A DNA stretch of 63,325 nucleotides, filler included, from Octopus bimaculoides (Eukaryota), in NCBI RefSeq assembly GCF_001194135.2. It is 4 parts of 3 records of this genome, joined end to end, with 100 filler letters (N's around TTAATTAATTAA, not from the genome) between each part and the next. Parts side by side here need not be neighbours in the genome. Positions count along the whole stretch, not along the records: positions 30,173 to 60,188 come from NC_068988.1; 3 more parts are not named here. The stretch is one strand, 5' to 3'. The position numbers were made by a program, and so were the translations under genes. This document shows, piece after piece, positions 35,923-49,714 of the stretch. The notes beneath the pieces were generated by a model, which saw only the letters and a list, made by a program, of their open reading frames with translations, did not search any database and was not told the origin of the DNA. Each line of letters opens with the position of its first letter. Position 1 is the first letter of the stretch.

Positions 35923-36299
35923 NNNNNNNNNNNNNNNNNNNNNNNNNNNNNNNNNNNNNNNNNNNNNNNNNNNNNNNNNNNNNNNNNNNNNNNNNNNNNN
36001 NNNNNNNNNNNNNNNNNNNNNNNNNNNNNNNNNNNNNNNNNNNNNNNNNNNNNNNNNNNNNNNNNNNNNNNNNNNNNNNNNNNNNNNNNNNNNNNNNNNN
36101 NNNNNNNNNNNNNNNNNNNNNNNNNNNNNNNNNNNNNNNNNNNNNNNNNNNNNNNNNNNNNNNNNNNNNNNNNNNNNNNNNNNNNNNNNNNNNNNNNNNN
36201 NNNNNNNNNNNNNNNNNNNNNNNNNNNNNNNNNNNNNNNNNNNNNNNNNNNNNNNNNNNNNNNNNNNNNNNNNNNNNNNNNNNNNNNNNNNNNNNNNNN

Positions 36300-37293
36300 N
36301 NATATATATATATATATATATATATACTCAAACACCTATACATACACTCATACCTACACGCTCGTACAATCACACGAAGATACATCAGGTATACAAGCTT
36401 TCACACACACACACATGCCGATATGCAGATACTTATAGACGAATGCAATTATCGGTAAAATACCCAAGCATACACAAACAGATTTCTATATATATAAGTA
36501 TATACATACACACATACGCATATACACAGAAACGAATACAGGTACATATAATGTAAAAAAAACATATACGCACAAACACATGCATACATGATCATATACA
36601 TACTCACACCATTCTAAGAGGGAAGTTCGTAGATATTTATATTTATACGCTATCACACGCATACGCAGATGGAGATGTACATCTAAATCATATAAAAACA
36701 TACATGTAGGCATGAAAAAAAAAGCCACGAGCACACACGCACAAACACAGACACACACGCACGCTAAAACGTATGCATGGAAGTAGCCCCCAATAATAAA
36801 GGAACGCCAATGCACACAAGCACACACGTACAACCCACACACGCAGACGTGCAGCACACACACACACACGCACACACACACACATACGCTCACATACACG
36901 CACGCACACACGCACGCATACACACATACACACACATACACACGCATGCACACACACGCGCATGCACACACACACGCACATACACGCATGCACACACCAC
37001 TTACATACACTCACGTACACACATACACCTCCTATCTATACATTTACCTAGCTTACACAGGATACGCTCTCACACACATCCATTCACACCTATACACATA
37101 GAGTATGCACATGCCGCATACATACACACAATCGCGCACGCAAATTTACCCATGGCGACGTACCCAAATCGACATCTAAATATAGGAACACTGAAACTCA
37201 CACGCGCACATGTGCAGATGCACAAAAGTAGACACACACAGACATACATAAATGCACATACTCTCTCTCTCTCCCCCACTTTCTCTCTTTCTC

Positions 37294-37342
<49 letters not shown>

Positions 37343-37490
37343 TTTCTCTCTCTGCTTCTTTATTTGTCTCTTACACGCACACATACGCACACACATGTAT
37401 GCAGACATGCTCAATTATATTTACAGACACATGAACACGCACACACACACACACACACATGAACACACACACACACACACACACACACCA
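36300..37490. repeat. (CA)n/(CACG)n-rich and (CT)n microsatellite block
   Basis: Direct inspection; source of the HT/CV ORFs. Confidence 0.9.
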
Positions 37491-37597
37491 TAGCTTAACT
37501 CTGACAGTTTAACTGCCAGAGGTGAGGATTCATGGATCAAATAACACTCGACTCCATGAAATAAAGCCGGCAGCTAATGCTAGCAATTATCACACAG

Positions 37598-37680
37598 CAG
37601 TGATATCAATACCATCACTGTCCACAGTTAATGATATCAGTATCGCCACTGTCCACAGTTAATGATATCCATTATTACTG
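37598..37680. repeat. Short tandem repeat, about 29-bp unit, about 2.5 copies
   Basis: cactgtccacagttaatgatatc occurs twice, preceded by a partial gtgatatc unit. Confidence 0.75.
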
Positions 37681-37813
37681 GAATAACATTGGTGCACCGT
37701 GTACCACCGTATGCGAGTAATTGTATGTGTGAGTAAGCATTGTGTATATACGTTTCTATGCGAACATGTATGTTAATAAATAACTGGAATTACCGCTAAA
37801 GAAATGAACATAA

Positions 37814-37861
<48 letters not shown>

Positions 37862-37915
37862 GTACGTATGTATATACGTATGTATGTATGCATGTATGTA
37901 TGTACGTATGTATGT

Positions 37916-38225
37916 ATAGGCGCATGGCTCCGTGGTTAGAGCAAGTGGTTCACAATCATGAGGTAGTGACTTCGATTCTCGAACCTGGCTGTAGTGTTGT
38001 GTTCTTGAGCAAGACACTTTATTTCACGTTACACCAGTTCACTCAGCCGTCGAAATGAGTTGCTGGTGCCAAGCTGTATCGGCCGTTGCCTTTCTTTTGG
38101 ACAACATCGGAGGCATGGAAAAGGGTGACTAGTATGCACGTGTGACTGCTGGTCTTCCATAAACAACCTTGCCCGGAATTGTACCTCAGAGGAGAACTTA
38201 CTACGTGCATTTATGACCGACAGTT
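37916..38225 (+). mobile_element. SINE family D
   Basis: tRNA-like head aggcgcatggctccgtggttagagc...gacttcgattctc (A and B boxes), then gttgtgttcttgagcaagacactttatttcacg. Confidence 0.9.
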
Positions 38226-38681
38226 TTTTTTACGTTTTACCCGTTAAGACATACATTAACAACGGGATGTATATTTATATACACGTATGTACGTACGTAC
38301 GTGCGTATGTACTACGTATGAATGCACAAAGACAAGGGTTCTTATAATTTTCTTGATAGTGACTTCGAAGTTTTACCATTGGTGCCTTATTCGGATTGGT
38401 TAAAAAAAACGAGAAAAAAAACACATTTTCAAGTTGACAATTGACCTATTTGAAATAGCAGCGTCAATTCCCTCGTAGATTATTGTAATCTTAGTATATT
38501 ATTACTATTTATTTAATGAGCTGATCTGCCAACTTTTATATTCGCGATTGAAGGAGACAAGCGCAACAGCACTTTGAACACATTTTACTGAACTCTAATT
38601 GTTACAGCTAAGAAGTTTTCAGAATGCAGTCGGAACTTTTAGAAGCTCGATATGAAATAAAATTTTGTGCTAGACCGGGCA

Positions 38682-39189
38682 ACGATTTTTTTTTCCCACA
38701 AGATTTCTGGACCCCAATTATGAACTCATTTGCATACAGCCAATCAAAGCTCAACTATCAGACTAATTTATGAGCGCATAACAAGTGATGGGCGATAAGA
38801 TAAGGTCACTTGAGTAAGGAAAGACCATGCTTCATTTCTCTTTTAAGAATGCTTCTTGATCTTGTTTCAACATGGCTGCCTTTGCGGAGTTATTTGTGTT
38901 GTCGTTTACTTTGCTAGCACATAACCCTCTACCCACATTTTTCCCATCCACATCTTTACCATATGAGGCTCTAACAAGATCCGATAATAGGTATAGATGC
39001 AAATCTGTCTAATTACTTGTCACCTTCTAAAATCAAGCATAACTTGTCGCCCGGCCGACTTACAACACTGAGTTTATTTAGTAGAGTGTGTTTGTTAATT
39101 TAACAACAAGGTTAGGGTGAGCTCTGATTGGGTGTATGCAAATGAGTTCATTATTGAGGTCCGGGACTCACGTGGCAAAAAAATTTCGC
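38682..39189. mobile_element. Mutator-like MITE with 9-bp TSD
   Basis: GACCGGGCA direct repeat at 38673-38681 and 39190-39198 immediately flanks imperfect TIRs of about 75 bp; no internal ORF. Confidence 0.8.
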
Positions 39190-39578
39190 GACCGGGCAGA
39201 AATGCTATAGGGATTTACGAAATGAGTCAGGCTGCTTATGGATCAACAATTTCGCTGGCACAAGACATTCACGAGTGGTAGAAACAATGAGTCTTTTTTG
39301 AATGAATATTATCTAGGATATGCTGTGTAAATGCTATTATTTTCAGTAGTTCTGAGAAATCATCCCGTATATACAAATAGTACTAAAATGCACAAATTAT
39401 ATCGACAGAGGATTCTCGTCTGCACTACTGTTAGGATGATTGTATCACGTGATTTCAGCATAGTTTCGCAACATCACCAATAGATATCTAAACAACGATT
39501 GCTAGAGCGAAATCTCCGCAAACCAATATATTTTAATTCTGACTCTTGGATATGTACACACACACACATACACACACA

Positions 39579-39631
<53 letters not shown>

Positions 39632-40029
39632 GACGTGTGTTTGTGTGAGTATGTGTGTGTGTATGTTTGTGTGTGTGTGTGTTTGTGAAGATGTATACGC
39701 AATTGTATATTTATATAATGATGTATGTGTATGTTTACCACATATGTATGGTTCGTTAGGTCAGTGACTAAATTTGGTTTCCATCTCGTTAAACAGGTTA
39801 GATATAAACATGATGCTAATCTATGAATGTCTTAACCACAAACTTGCAAATTATTCTACAGTGAGGTGAAAATACGCTTTGCTCATTTGCTCAAATACAT
39901 ATGATGAAAGGTTTATAGAGATATATGGAAATATAAACTTTCATATATTAGCTTGTATTCCAATAACTCCTGTCGCGCGCGCACCTTGAATATATTTCTA
40001 TGTGTACATTCATTTATTCTTTGATTTTT

Positions 40030-40460
40030 TTTATGCTTTCACTTGTTTCAGTCATTTGACTATGGTCATGCTGGAGCAACGCCTTTTGTCGAACAATTCG
40101 ACCCCAGAACTTATTCTTTGTAAGCCTAGTACTTATTCTATCGGATTTTGCCGATCCGGTAACGTACAAGGACGTAAACACACCAACATCCGTTGTGAAT
40201 CGATGGTGGGGGACAAACACAGACACACAAATACACACATACACACACACGTGCACACACACGCACAAACACACTCACACACACAGATATATATATACAC
40301 ATATGACGGGCTTCTTTTAGCTTCCGTCTTCCAAATCCACTCAAGACATTGGTCGGCCCGAAGCTATAGTAGAAGACACTTGCCCAGGGTGCCACGCAGG
40401 GACAGTGAACTCGGAACGACGTGGTTGAGAAGCAAGCTTCTTACCACACATCCACGCATA
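40030..40460 (-). mobile_element. SINE family B, near full length
   Basis: cttgtttcagtcatttgactatggtcatgctggagca...gacgggcttctttt..gaagacacttgccca..aagcttcttaccacaca. Confidence 0.9.
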
Positions 40461-42143
40461 AACGTATATATATATTCATGTGTGTATTTTGATATGTTTC
40501 TGTATTTATTTGTTTGAATGTCTATATGACATGTGTATATATGTGCGTTTAAACATGTCCTCCACTTCCTCCTCTTCCACCNNNNNNNNNNNNNNNNNNN
40601 NNNNNNNNNNNNNNNNNNNNNNNNNNNNNNNNNNNNNNNNNNNNNNNNNNNNNNNNNNNNNNNNNNNNNNNNNNNNNNNNNNNNNNNNNNNNNNNNNNNN
40701 NNNNNNNNNNNNNNNNNNNNNNNNNNNNNNNNNNNNNNNNNNNNNNNNNNNNNNNNNNNNNNNNNNNNNNNNNNNNNNNNNNNNNNNNNNNNNNNNNNNN
40801 NNNNNNNNNNNNNNNNNNNNNNNNNNNNNNNNNNNNNNNNNNNNNNNNNNNNNNNNNNNNNNNNNNNNNNNNNNNNNNNNNNNNNNNNNNNNNNNNNNNN
40901 NNNNNNNNNNNNNNNNNNNNNNNNNNNNNNNNNNNNNNNNNNNNNNNNNNNNNNNNNNNNNNNNNNNNNNNNNNNNNNNNNNNNNNNNNNNNNNNNNNNN
41001 NNNNNNNNNNNNNNNNNNNNNNNNNNNNNNNNNNNNNNNNNNNNNNNNNNNNNNNNNNNNNNNNNNNNNNNNNNNNNNNNNNNNNNNNNNNNNNNNNNNN
41101 NNNNNNNNNNNNNNNNNNNNNNNNNNNNNNNNNNNNNNNNNNNNNNNNNNNNNNNNNNNNNNNNNNNNNNNNNNNNNNNNNNNNNNNNNNNNNNNNNNNN
41201 NNNNNNNNNNNNNNNNNNNNNNNNNNNNNNNNNNNNNNNNNNNNNNNNNNNNNNNNNNNNNNNNNNNNNNNNNNNNNNNNNNNNNNNNNNNNNNNNNNNN
41301 NNNNNNNNNNNNNNNNNNNNNNNNNNNNNNNNNNNNNNNNNNNNNNNNNNNNNNNNNNNNNNNNNNNNNNNNNNNNNNNNNNNNNNNNNNNNNNNNNNNN
41401 NNNNNNNNNNNNNNNNNNNNNNNNNNNNNNNNNNNNNNNNNNNNNNNNNNNNNNNNNNNNNNNNNNNNNNNTATATATATATATATATATAAGTATATGG
41501 AAATATAGCTGTTGGTTTCCCTGTCTATGTATTTTCCACTTGTAAGATAAATTATAAATTCGTTAGAACTCCATACGTGTAAGAGAGAATCATATTAGAT
41601 ACAAATTGTTAGATGACATTTACCTGAATTCGATTCTCAACTGATATAAAAACTGCTGGTACAAGTACGGCATAAGTAGGAAAATATGGGAATTGAACTA
41701 TATGCTGTAGAATACATTCATGTGTGTATTTTGATATGTTTCTGTATTTATTTGTTTGAATGTCTATATGACATGTGTATATATGTGCGTTTAAACATGT
41801 CCTCCACTTCCTCCTCTTCCACCAATTATTTTCATTATATTCGTATTAATTTACTCTCTATGTCCTCATTAACCGAGTCTGTAAGGTCTTATCGCATTGT
41901 TAAACTTGATCCCGTATTACGTTATATGTGAGTTTCAATGTCTTCAGTTCAACAGCAGTTAAAGCTAAATATTGTTTCGTAGTTTTATTCGGTGTACCAT
42001 TTATTGTTGAGAACTTTGCCAATGCATCTAACCACGTATTCAATCAGCAAGTGATATATTTACTTGTTTCTCGTATCCAACTAAGCCGTCGCTCAAGATA
42101 AAACAGCAGCTTAGATACTATTCTTATATTTTAAAATTGTCTA

Positions 42144-42335
42144 AGGCGGTGAGCTGGCAGAACCGTTAGCACGCGGGGAAAGTGGCTGGTGGTATTTCGG
42201 CCTTCTTTACATCCTGATTTCAAATTTCACCGATATCGACATCGCCTTTCACCCTTTCGTAGTCGATAAAATAAGTACCTAGTGATATATTCGACTTGGC
42301 CCCTCTCTCGAAATTGCCGGATTTGAAACTGGTAT
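42144..42335 (+). mobile_element. SINE family A
   Basis: aggcggtgagctggcagaaccgttagcacgc...tttcaaatttcacc...gtcgataaaataagtacc. Confidence 0.9.
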
Positions 42336-43429
42336 TTTAAAACGTTCTAGTTTCAAAAGTATGAAATTAATTGCTTACAGCTTGAAAGTATTTTGATAAT
42401 GGATCTTCTTTTATATCCTGGCTAACTTGGAGTTTAAAAATACCCACAACTACTGCAGTTTCCCTCTTCTAAATACACTAGCTAATTTATTTGATTTCAG
42501 TTCATTCTTTCATAAAATGCAAAAATGTGTAGGAGACAGAATGCCTGCCTCTTTGTATTTCTTTAAGTTTAGTAAAATTAAAATGTTTCGACTTGTGAGA
42601 AAGCCTTGTATGTGAATGCTTTATTACCTCAGTCCCAGTGTACCCAACGAGGGAATATCTCTGCAGTGGCTTGACCTGTTTTTATTCCCAGCCAAATGTG
42701 CAGCAACTACGCCCAGATGTCTTTAAAAAGGAATGCCACACCACTTGTGGTAATGTAATTATAGTTAAATGCAAAATGCTCGCATAAAAATGGGTATGGT
42801 CTGCTTAGTCAGTCTGGGCTTAAATAACAAGAGCAACACTTTCATTATATGGTAATATCGTTAAAATATAGAATAAAGGGTATAAAATTTTATGTTGTTA
42901 AAATATATTTAAAATATTGCTTTCAAGAAACACCGTTCCCCCCCTCCTTTTAAGTGATCATTATACATCCCACGGGCAAGGCTTCTTTGGTTCCTCCTTA
43001 ATTATTTGATCTAATATGCAAATATCCACATTTGCCGAGAAAAAAGGGAATAATAAATTATATCTGTCATGATGAGAAAGTAGTTAGGAAAGAGGAAAAA
43101 AAAATAGAAGGCAAAATACTTCATGAATATATATTTTCTGTTTTTTAATTATCAAGACTATAAATCCTTTCAAAGAGATCTGAATCACTCCTAATTTAGA
43201 TTTGCGAACGTTCGTAACGGTGGTGGGAGCTGCGAGCCATGAGATTGCTAAAATTAACACTGATTGAGTAAATGTATAGTATGAATGAAGCTGATCAAAC
43301 AGTGTTTCTGGCTGTAGCCATCCTGCCCTTAGGGTGGCTGTTGTTGTTAATGTATCTGTTGTTGTTGCTTTTGTAGTTATTGTTGTGTAGCTCTTTATTT
43401 GAGCAGACTTAAACTATTCCTTATGAAGC

Positions 43430-43620
43430 CAGTGAGCAGCCATTCGATTTGCTAAAAATAGCAACCATATCCCTTTTATATCCAACACCTCAGCCTTAAA
43501 AAAATCAAGAGCAGGTTCGATAATATAGCTGTAGATATACTGCGAGACGGGATGTTCACAACAGGAATGTCTTTGATCACAGGTATACTATTTAAGGTAC
43601 GACCAGTGGTTAAACAACAA
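43430..43620 (+). mobile_element. Degenerate interspersed repeat (SINE-like, (AAC)n-type tail)
   Basis: gggatgttcacaacaggaatgtctttgatcacaggt..ttaaacaacaa resembles 15860-15930 and 34500-34770. Confidence 0.5.
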
Positions 43621-44434
43621 AAGACTAATAATCTAAGTGACAAAGTCTGACTTAGATATCTATTGTTCCAAGTTTACCAATGTGTGAGTGTACCCTCTCG
43701 AGTTAAGCGTAATGGTATGGTTGGTAAATTAGTGGGAAGTAAAAAATGTGATGGAAGTTCGATTCTTAGTATCGGCTGCATCACAAATTCAACAATGATG
43801 GGGAGGATTAGTTGAATATGCCACGCACAGTACATTGGTTTAGTGATTAATGGATTTTATCTTTACTAAATTAGTTTCAGTAATGTGTGATGATTAAAAT
43901 TACTGCATTAGTCACAAACAGAAAAGAAATCAAATGATAAAAATAAAATGAGACAAAACAATTACATTACAAGTTTCTAACTGATTAAAAAAAAAACCTG
44001 TAAAACAAATTATATATCGCATTAATAGCTCTGGCTAATAAATCGTTGATCATTAATAGTAGTTGAAGACAAGTGCTGAACGTGGAGTTGAAATATAGAA
44101 TCATCTGGAAATGAATAAACTAAAGTGGGTTCGTGCTAACTATGCCTGTCTCATTGAAAGATTTGGAGTCATTATTGCAAGTTAATGAAGCATTATTAAT
44201 ATACAGTCGATTTGTAGACTTTTAACATTATGAGAAAAATTTCTATGCGTTATTCATTTCTTTTGCTTATGTTCTGAGTTCAAATTCCGCTGGGCTAATA
44301 ATTGCCTTTCATCCCTCCGGTGTCGATAAAATAAACAACCATTTAAGTAATGTGACCGATTTATTTGACTTAAGCGCCACATCCAAATTTCAGGCCTTGT
44401 GTTCCTATATTAGAACAATGAGTATTGTATATTA

Positions 44435-44809
44435 GTGGAGGCGCAATGGCCCAGTGCTTAGGGTAGCAGACTTAGGATCGCGGTTTCGATTCCCAGACCG
44501 GGCGTTGTGAGTATTTATAGAGCGAAAACACCTAAAGCTCCACGAGGCTCCGGTAGGAGGTAGTGGTGAACCCTGCTGTACTCTTTCACCACAACTTTCT
44601 CTCATTCTTTCTTCCTGTTTCTGTTGTACCTGCATTTCAAAGGGCCAGCCTTGTCACAGTGTGTTACGCTGAATCTCCCCGAGAACTACGTAAACGGTAC
44701 ACGTGTCTGTGGAGTGCTCAGCCACTTGCACGTTAATTTCACGAGCAGGCTGTTCCGTTGACGGGATCAAGTGGAACACTCGTCGTCGTAACCGACGGAG
44801 TGCCAACCG
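44435..44809 (+). mobile_element. SINE family C, full length with 10-bp TSD
   Basis: tRNA-like head gtggaggcgcaatggcccagtgcttaggg..ggtttcgattccc; tail gtaaccgacggagtgccaacc; TSD ttgtatatta at 44425-44434 and 44810-44819. Confidence 0.92.
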
Positions 44810-45561
44810 TTGTATATTAAACGCCAGTGATGTTTGCACCTATAACAGAATTAATCCAAACCACATGTGAATGCTTTAAAAGCCTCACTTGTAAATGATG
44901 AGGTAAATCATCCGGTCATTTTGGTGTTTAACAGGAAGGACTCTTCCTGCTATAGAAATTAACAAATCTGCAGATGCGGGCCGACCCGATGTTTTCTGTG
45001 ACTAAAGAGGCATAATAAAACCGAAAACCCGGTGTCTGATAGTAGTTATTTACACACGTCATCGACAGCGAGAAGTTCTTCTCCTAACCAAAATTCATTA
45101 GAGAAAGCTATATTCAATTTTGTTAAGAATGTTATGTTAAGAATGAATGAATAAATGGTTGTTCTGATTCTCGTCTTTGTTGTCTTCTTTTTCTTTCGCC
45201 TGACCACAATATTCAACAACAGCTTGAAAAGCTTCAGCACGCATCTGCAAATGTTGTGTTTGCAGTTTGCTCCAGTTGTCTTGGTCAAGCTCCAAATGAA
45301 AATGTTGTAACTCTCACTGGCAAAAGGCAACCGCCTTCACTGGAACATGTCAAGAATGCGTGTACTCATAGTCGTTATTTCACTCTACTGCTTCTATTAA
45401 AGATAGTATTCCAGTATCTATGTACCAACGTACATCATTCATTCCTCCTGTCTTTGTTTTTCACTTCTCCTCTCTACCTCCTTTTGTCTCCCAATCACTC
45501 TCTCTATGTAATATGTGCTCCTGGTCAGTGTGTGCTTGTGTGTGTGTGTGTGTGTGTATCT

Positions 45562-45621
<60 letters not shown>

Positions 45622-45886
45622 GTGTATGTGTATGTAGTTATCTTGGTGTAATTTTAAATACATGGGCATTTTGATTCATGTTCTCTCACTATCTTGCATA
45701 AAGGCTTAGAAATTGATGAGATTAATAATTCATAGTCTCTGTGGTGCCTTCTGGAAAAAGATCATCAAGTACACAATTGCTTGCAAATGTATAAAATATA
45801 TATATAAATATATCTGTGTGCGCGTGTACGTGAGTGCATAAGTATATATATGTGTGTGTATGCGTGTGTGTGTGTGCAAGTATATA

Positions 45887-45937
<51 letters not shown>

Positions 45938-45998
45938 TTATATATATGTATATATATATTTCAGTGTGTATGTATATATATTTGTGTGTATAGATATT

Positions 45999-46039
<41 letters not shown>

Positions 46040-46725
46040 GCTTCTACGAACATTCATTTGTATATTTGATAATGTATAAGCAAATGGGTTGAGTGATTGT
46101 CTTTCTTTCTCTCTCATCTCTGTACATGTGTTTGTGTATCTATGATCTGTGTGTTTGTGTGCGTGTATATATATACATACAGGCATATACCGAGAGAGAG
46201 ACAGAGAGAGCGAGTGAGTGAGTGGGAGAAGGAGAAAAGAAGGGGAAACAAGGACTAGAAATAAAAGACCACACATAATTGAATACTACATAACGGAGAG
46301 ATCTGTGTTTACACAGAATAATCTAGGAACATTTCATGGAAGTAATTTCTTAGAAGGACATAATTTAAAATGTGTCCATTAAAAAGAATTCATCATAGAA
46401 TAAAATGTTTGAAATAAATAATGAAATTTCATGTTAATATAACCTGTAGATGCACAAATATGCACGTATCAGTGCACGCGTGAGTGTAGACATATGTGCG
46501 TTCGTGTATGCACGTGCGTGTACGTGTGAATGCACGTGCGTGTACGTGTGCGTATGTGTGTGCGTATGTAAGGTTTGCGTAGTGTGTTATTCAGAGCAGG
46601 ATATATTACCATTACTTTGGGCTCCATATGGTCTTTTATAATTCGAAATATTCGTCTAAGAAAAAAAAATCGAATCATTTTTCAAAGAATGATGGAGTTC
46701 TTTGTGAGTGTTTCGCACAGAGAGT

Positions 46726-46925
46726 AGGCGGTGAGCTGCCAGAATCGTTAGCACTCTGGATTAAATGCTTAGTGGCACTTCATCCGTCTTTACGTTCTGA
46801 GTTCAAATTCCGTCCACATCGAATTTGCCTTTCATCCTTTCGGGTTCAAAAAGCTAAGGACCAGTTCAGCACTAATGACGACGTAACCACTTTATACAGT
46901 TTCCCCAAATTGCTGGCTTTTGCCA
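46726..46925 (+). mobile_element. SINE family A
   Basis: aggcggtgagctgccagaatcgttagcac..gagttcaaattcc..tttgcctttcatcctttcggg. Confidence 0.9.
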
Positions 46926-48084
46926 AAACGATTAAACCGGTATTTCGTACACAGTGTATATACATTCATATAAATAGATAAATGCTTGAATCTTGAAAGT
47001 GGAATGCTCAACATTCATTATTTAAACTTATTACAATTCTTTCAACAAACGTAGACTCAATAAAATACGCTTCAACACACGAATTCACATACTTCTTACA
47101 AACCAAATACAAAAACGAAATATCCCCCAAAACTTAATGCTATTAGCTTAGATTTTGGGTGGGCAGCCTGATTTGAACGGTCTCAAGTGTAACTGCCCAA
47201 AACTATAAGTATAATTTGATAACTTGATGAGAGGAACTTGCGAATGATCCGTCCTTGTTTTTTTCCCTTCCATCTTCGCATCATCTATCTTGCGTTCTTG
47301 ATCTATTTTTGGGATTTAAATATACATATAGCGGCGAACGTGTACTTTTGCTCACTTTGTTAGCATGTATCTAAATTGTGTACGTCTTTTTTACTCTATA
47401 TTTTAGTCGCCCTCATACTTTCTTCTTTCTTTCCTCCTTATTTTTTCTCGCTCCCCCTCTCTCACATTTCTTGGCCTTTTCTTTCTTTAATTTCGACTTT
47501 TCATCCTCGTTTATTTCTCTTCTTCCTTTGTCTATGTGCCTTTGATTACTCTCTTTCTCGTTCTTCTCCTAACCCTTCATTCCCTCTGTCCCCTATCTCT
47601 ATCTCTCTTAACGTCCCACGTGACCGGTCTTCGATCAGGCATGATCTTTTTTTCTTGACTTGACTACCAGCCGCGAAGCATCTCTGATATTCCTGTCTCT
47701 TGACTTTCATTTCTTATGTTCCTGCCCCAAGGCTTTCACTCTACACACGCCAACTCAACTTGATTTCCCTTTATTAGTCGAAAGGCACCTGTTGTCATTT
47801 TTTTCATTATTTGTAATTATATAACATGTTCTTCGGTTTTTGCCTTTGTTGTACACATTCGCTTGCTTTCTTCCTCCCAAAATAATGCTCTTAGCTTAGA
47901 TTTTTAGGGGCAGCCAGATTTGAACAGTCTTAAGTGTAACTGCCCGAAACTGTAAGAATAATTTGGGAACTCGACTAATGAGAGGAACTTGCGAATGGTC
48001 CGTCCTTGATTTTTTCTCTCCGCCTTCGCATCGTCTATCCCTCCAGATGTTTAATTGTCGTCTGATGCCTTCCTGTTGGATTTT

Positions 48085-48118
<34 letters not shown>

Positions 48119-49623
48119 NNNNNNNNNNNNNNNNNNNNNNNNNNNNNNNNNNNNNNNNNNNNNNNNNNNNNNNNNNNNNNNNNNNNNNNNNNNNNNNNNN
48201 NNNNNNNNNNNNNNNNNNNNNNNNNNNNNNNNNNNNNNNNNNNNNNNNNNNNNNNNNNNNNNNNNNNNNNNNNNNNNNNNNNNNNNNNNNNNNNNNNNNN
48301 NNNNNNNNNNNNNNNNNNNNNNNNNNNNNNNNNNNNNNNNNNNNNNNNNNNNNNNNNNNNNNNNNNNNNNNNNNNNNNNNNNNNNNNNNNNNNNNNNNNN
48401 NNNNNNNNNNNNNNNNNNNNNNNNNNNNNNNNNNNNNNNNNNNNNNNNNNNNNNNNNNNNNNNNNNNNNNNNNNNNNNNNNNNNNNNNNNNNNNNNNNNN
48501 NNNNNNNNNNNNNNNNNNNNNNNNNNNNNNNNNNNNNNNNNNNNNNNNNNNNNNNNNNNNNNNNNNNNNNNNNNNNNNNNNNNNNNNNNNNTGGGTGTAA
48601 GGAATTGGATGGGGTGGAGTGGGAAGGTAGAGTAGGAGTGTGTTTGGGTGTCGTGGGATGAGCTTATGAGGGGGGGTTGACGATGAAGGGGGAAAGGGAA
48701 GGTGGATGTAAGAGAGGGGGAAGGTGAGTATGGGAGGGAGGAGAAAGAGAGTAAGAGTGTAGAAAGTAAGAGTGAGAGGGGGGAGTAAGAGAGAAGAGAG
48801 TGAGAGAGAATAAGAGAGAGGAGAGAAAGAGTAGGGGTGAAGAGAAGTGGGAGTGAAGAGAAGTAGGAGTGAAGAGATATATATAATGTATCTTTGTATG
48901 GATTTTTTCGACTAAAACCCTCCAAGGTGTTGCTCCAGCATGGCCACAGTCAAATGATTGAAACAAGTAAAAGATAAACGATAAAAGATTTGTAGTACAT
49001 TGGGGAGAAAGAAAGAAACAAACAAACAAACAAACAAACAAACAAGCAAACAAAAGAAGAATCAAATTCTGAAACGACGTATCTGTGGAAATTCTATAAG
49101 GTATCATAAGGATAATTTGTAATTCAATCTCTTGTGATCTTGTGAAATAATGATATTATTTGGTCATAAGTTAAAAACCTTGCATAATGAATATTTTCAT
49201 TAATGAAATACGCGTAAAAACGTATTGAATAAATGCAAAAACGTATCTCGTATATTGCTGACTGTGTATGTATTTGTGTGTATTTGTATGTATTTGTGTG
49301 CCTACTTATAAAGTCTATTACCAAATTATGTGTTTTTTTTTTCTTTTTTCTTTTTTTTTCTTACAAATTGTAGGATGGTTGGTATATTTCAATCTCTGAT
49401 ATTTTGAAAACACGTTAATTGTATCCAGAAAAAAAAATTATCAGCATTAGGAGTTATTATAGCTACGTACAGACTACGTGGGAGGGCAATGATAGTTATG
49501 AATTATTGAAAAATTTAGATTAACATAATTGACTTTGGATATTTGTAGCTCAACACCAAAGTTTTAGGAACAAATTATTTGGTTAATGTCATCGCGCTCT
49601 TATCAAAACTGGTGAAGTATATA

Positions 49624-49675
49624 CAGTAGTACCTCGGCTTTCAAATACCTCTGATCACGAATAAATTGTGATTTA

Positions 49676-49714
<39 letters not shown>

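Noticed and set aside
37916-37990. Genuine tRNA genes at SINE heads (also 44435, 16093)
   Set aside because: Each continues into a SINE body repeated elsewhere in the window and lacks a complete acceptor stem.
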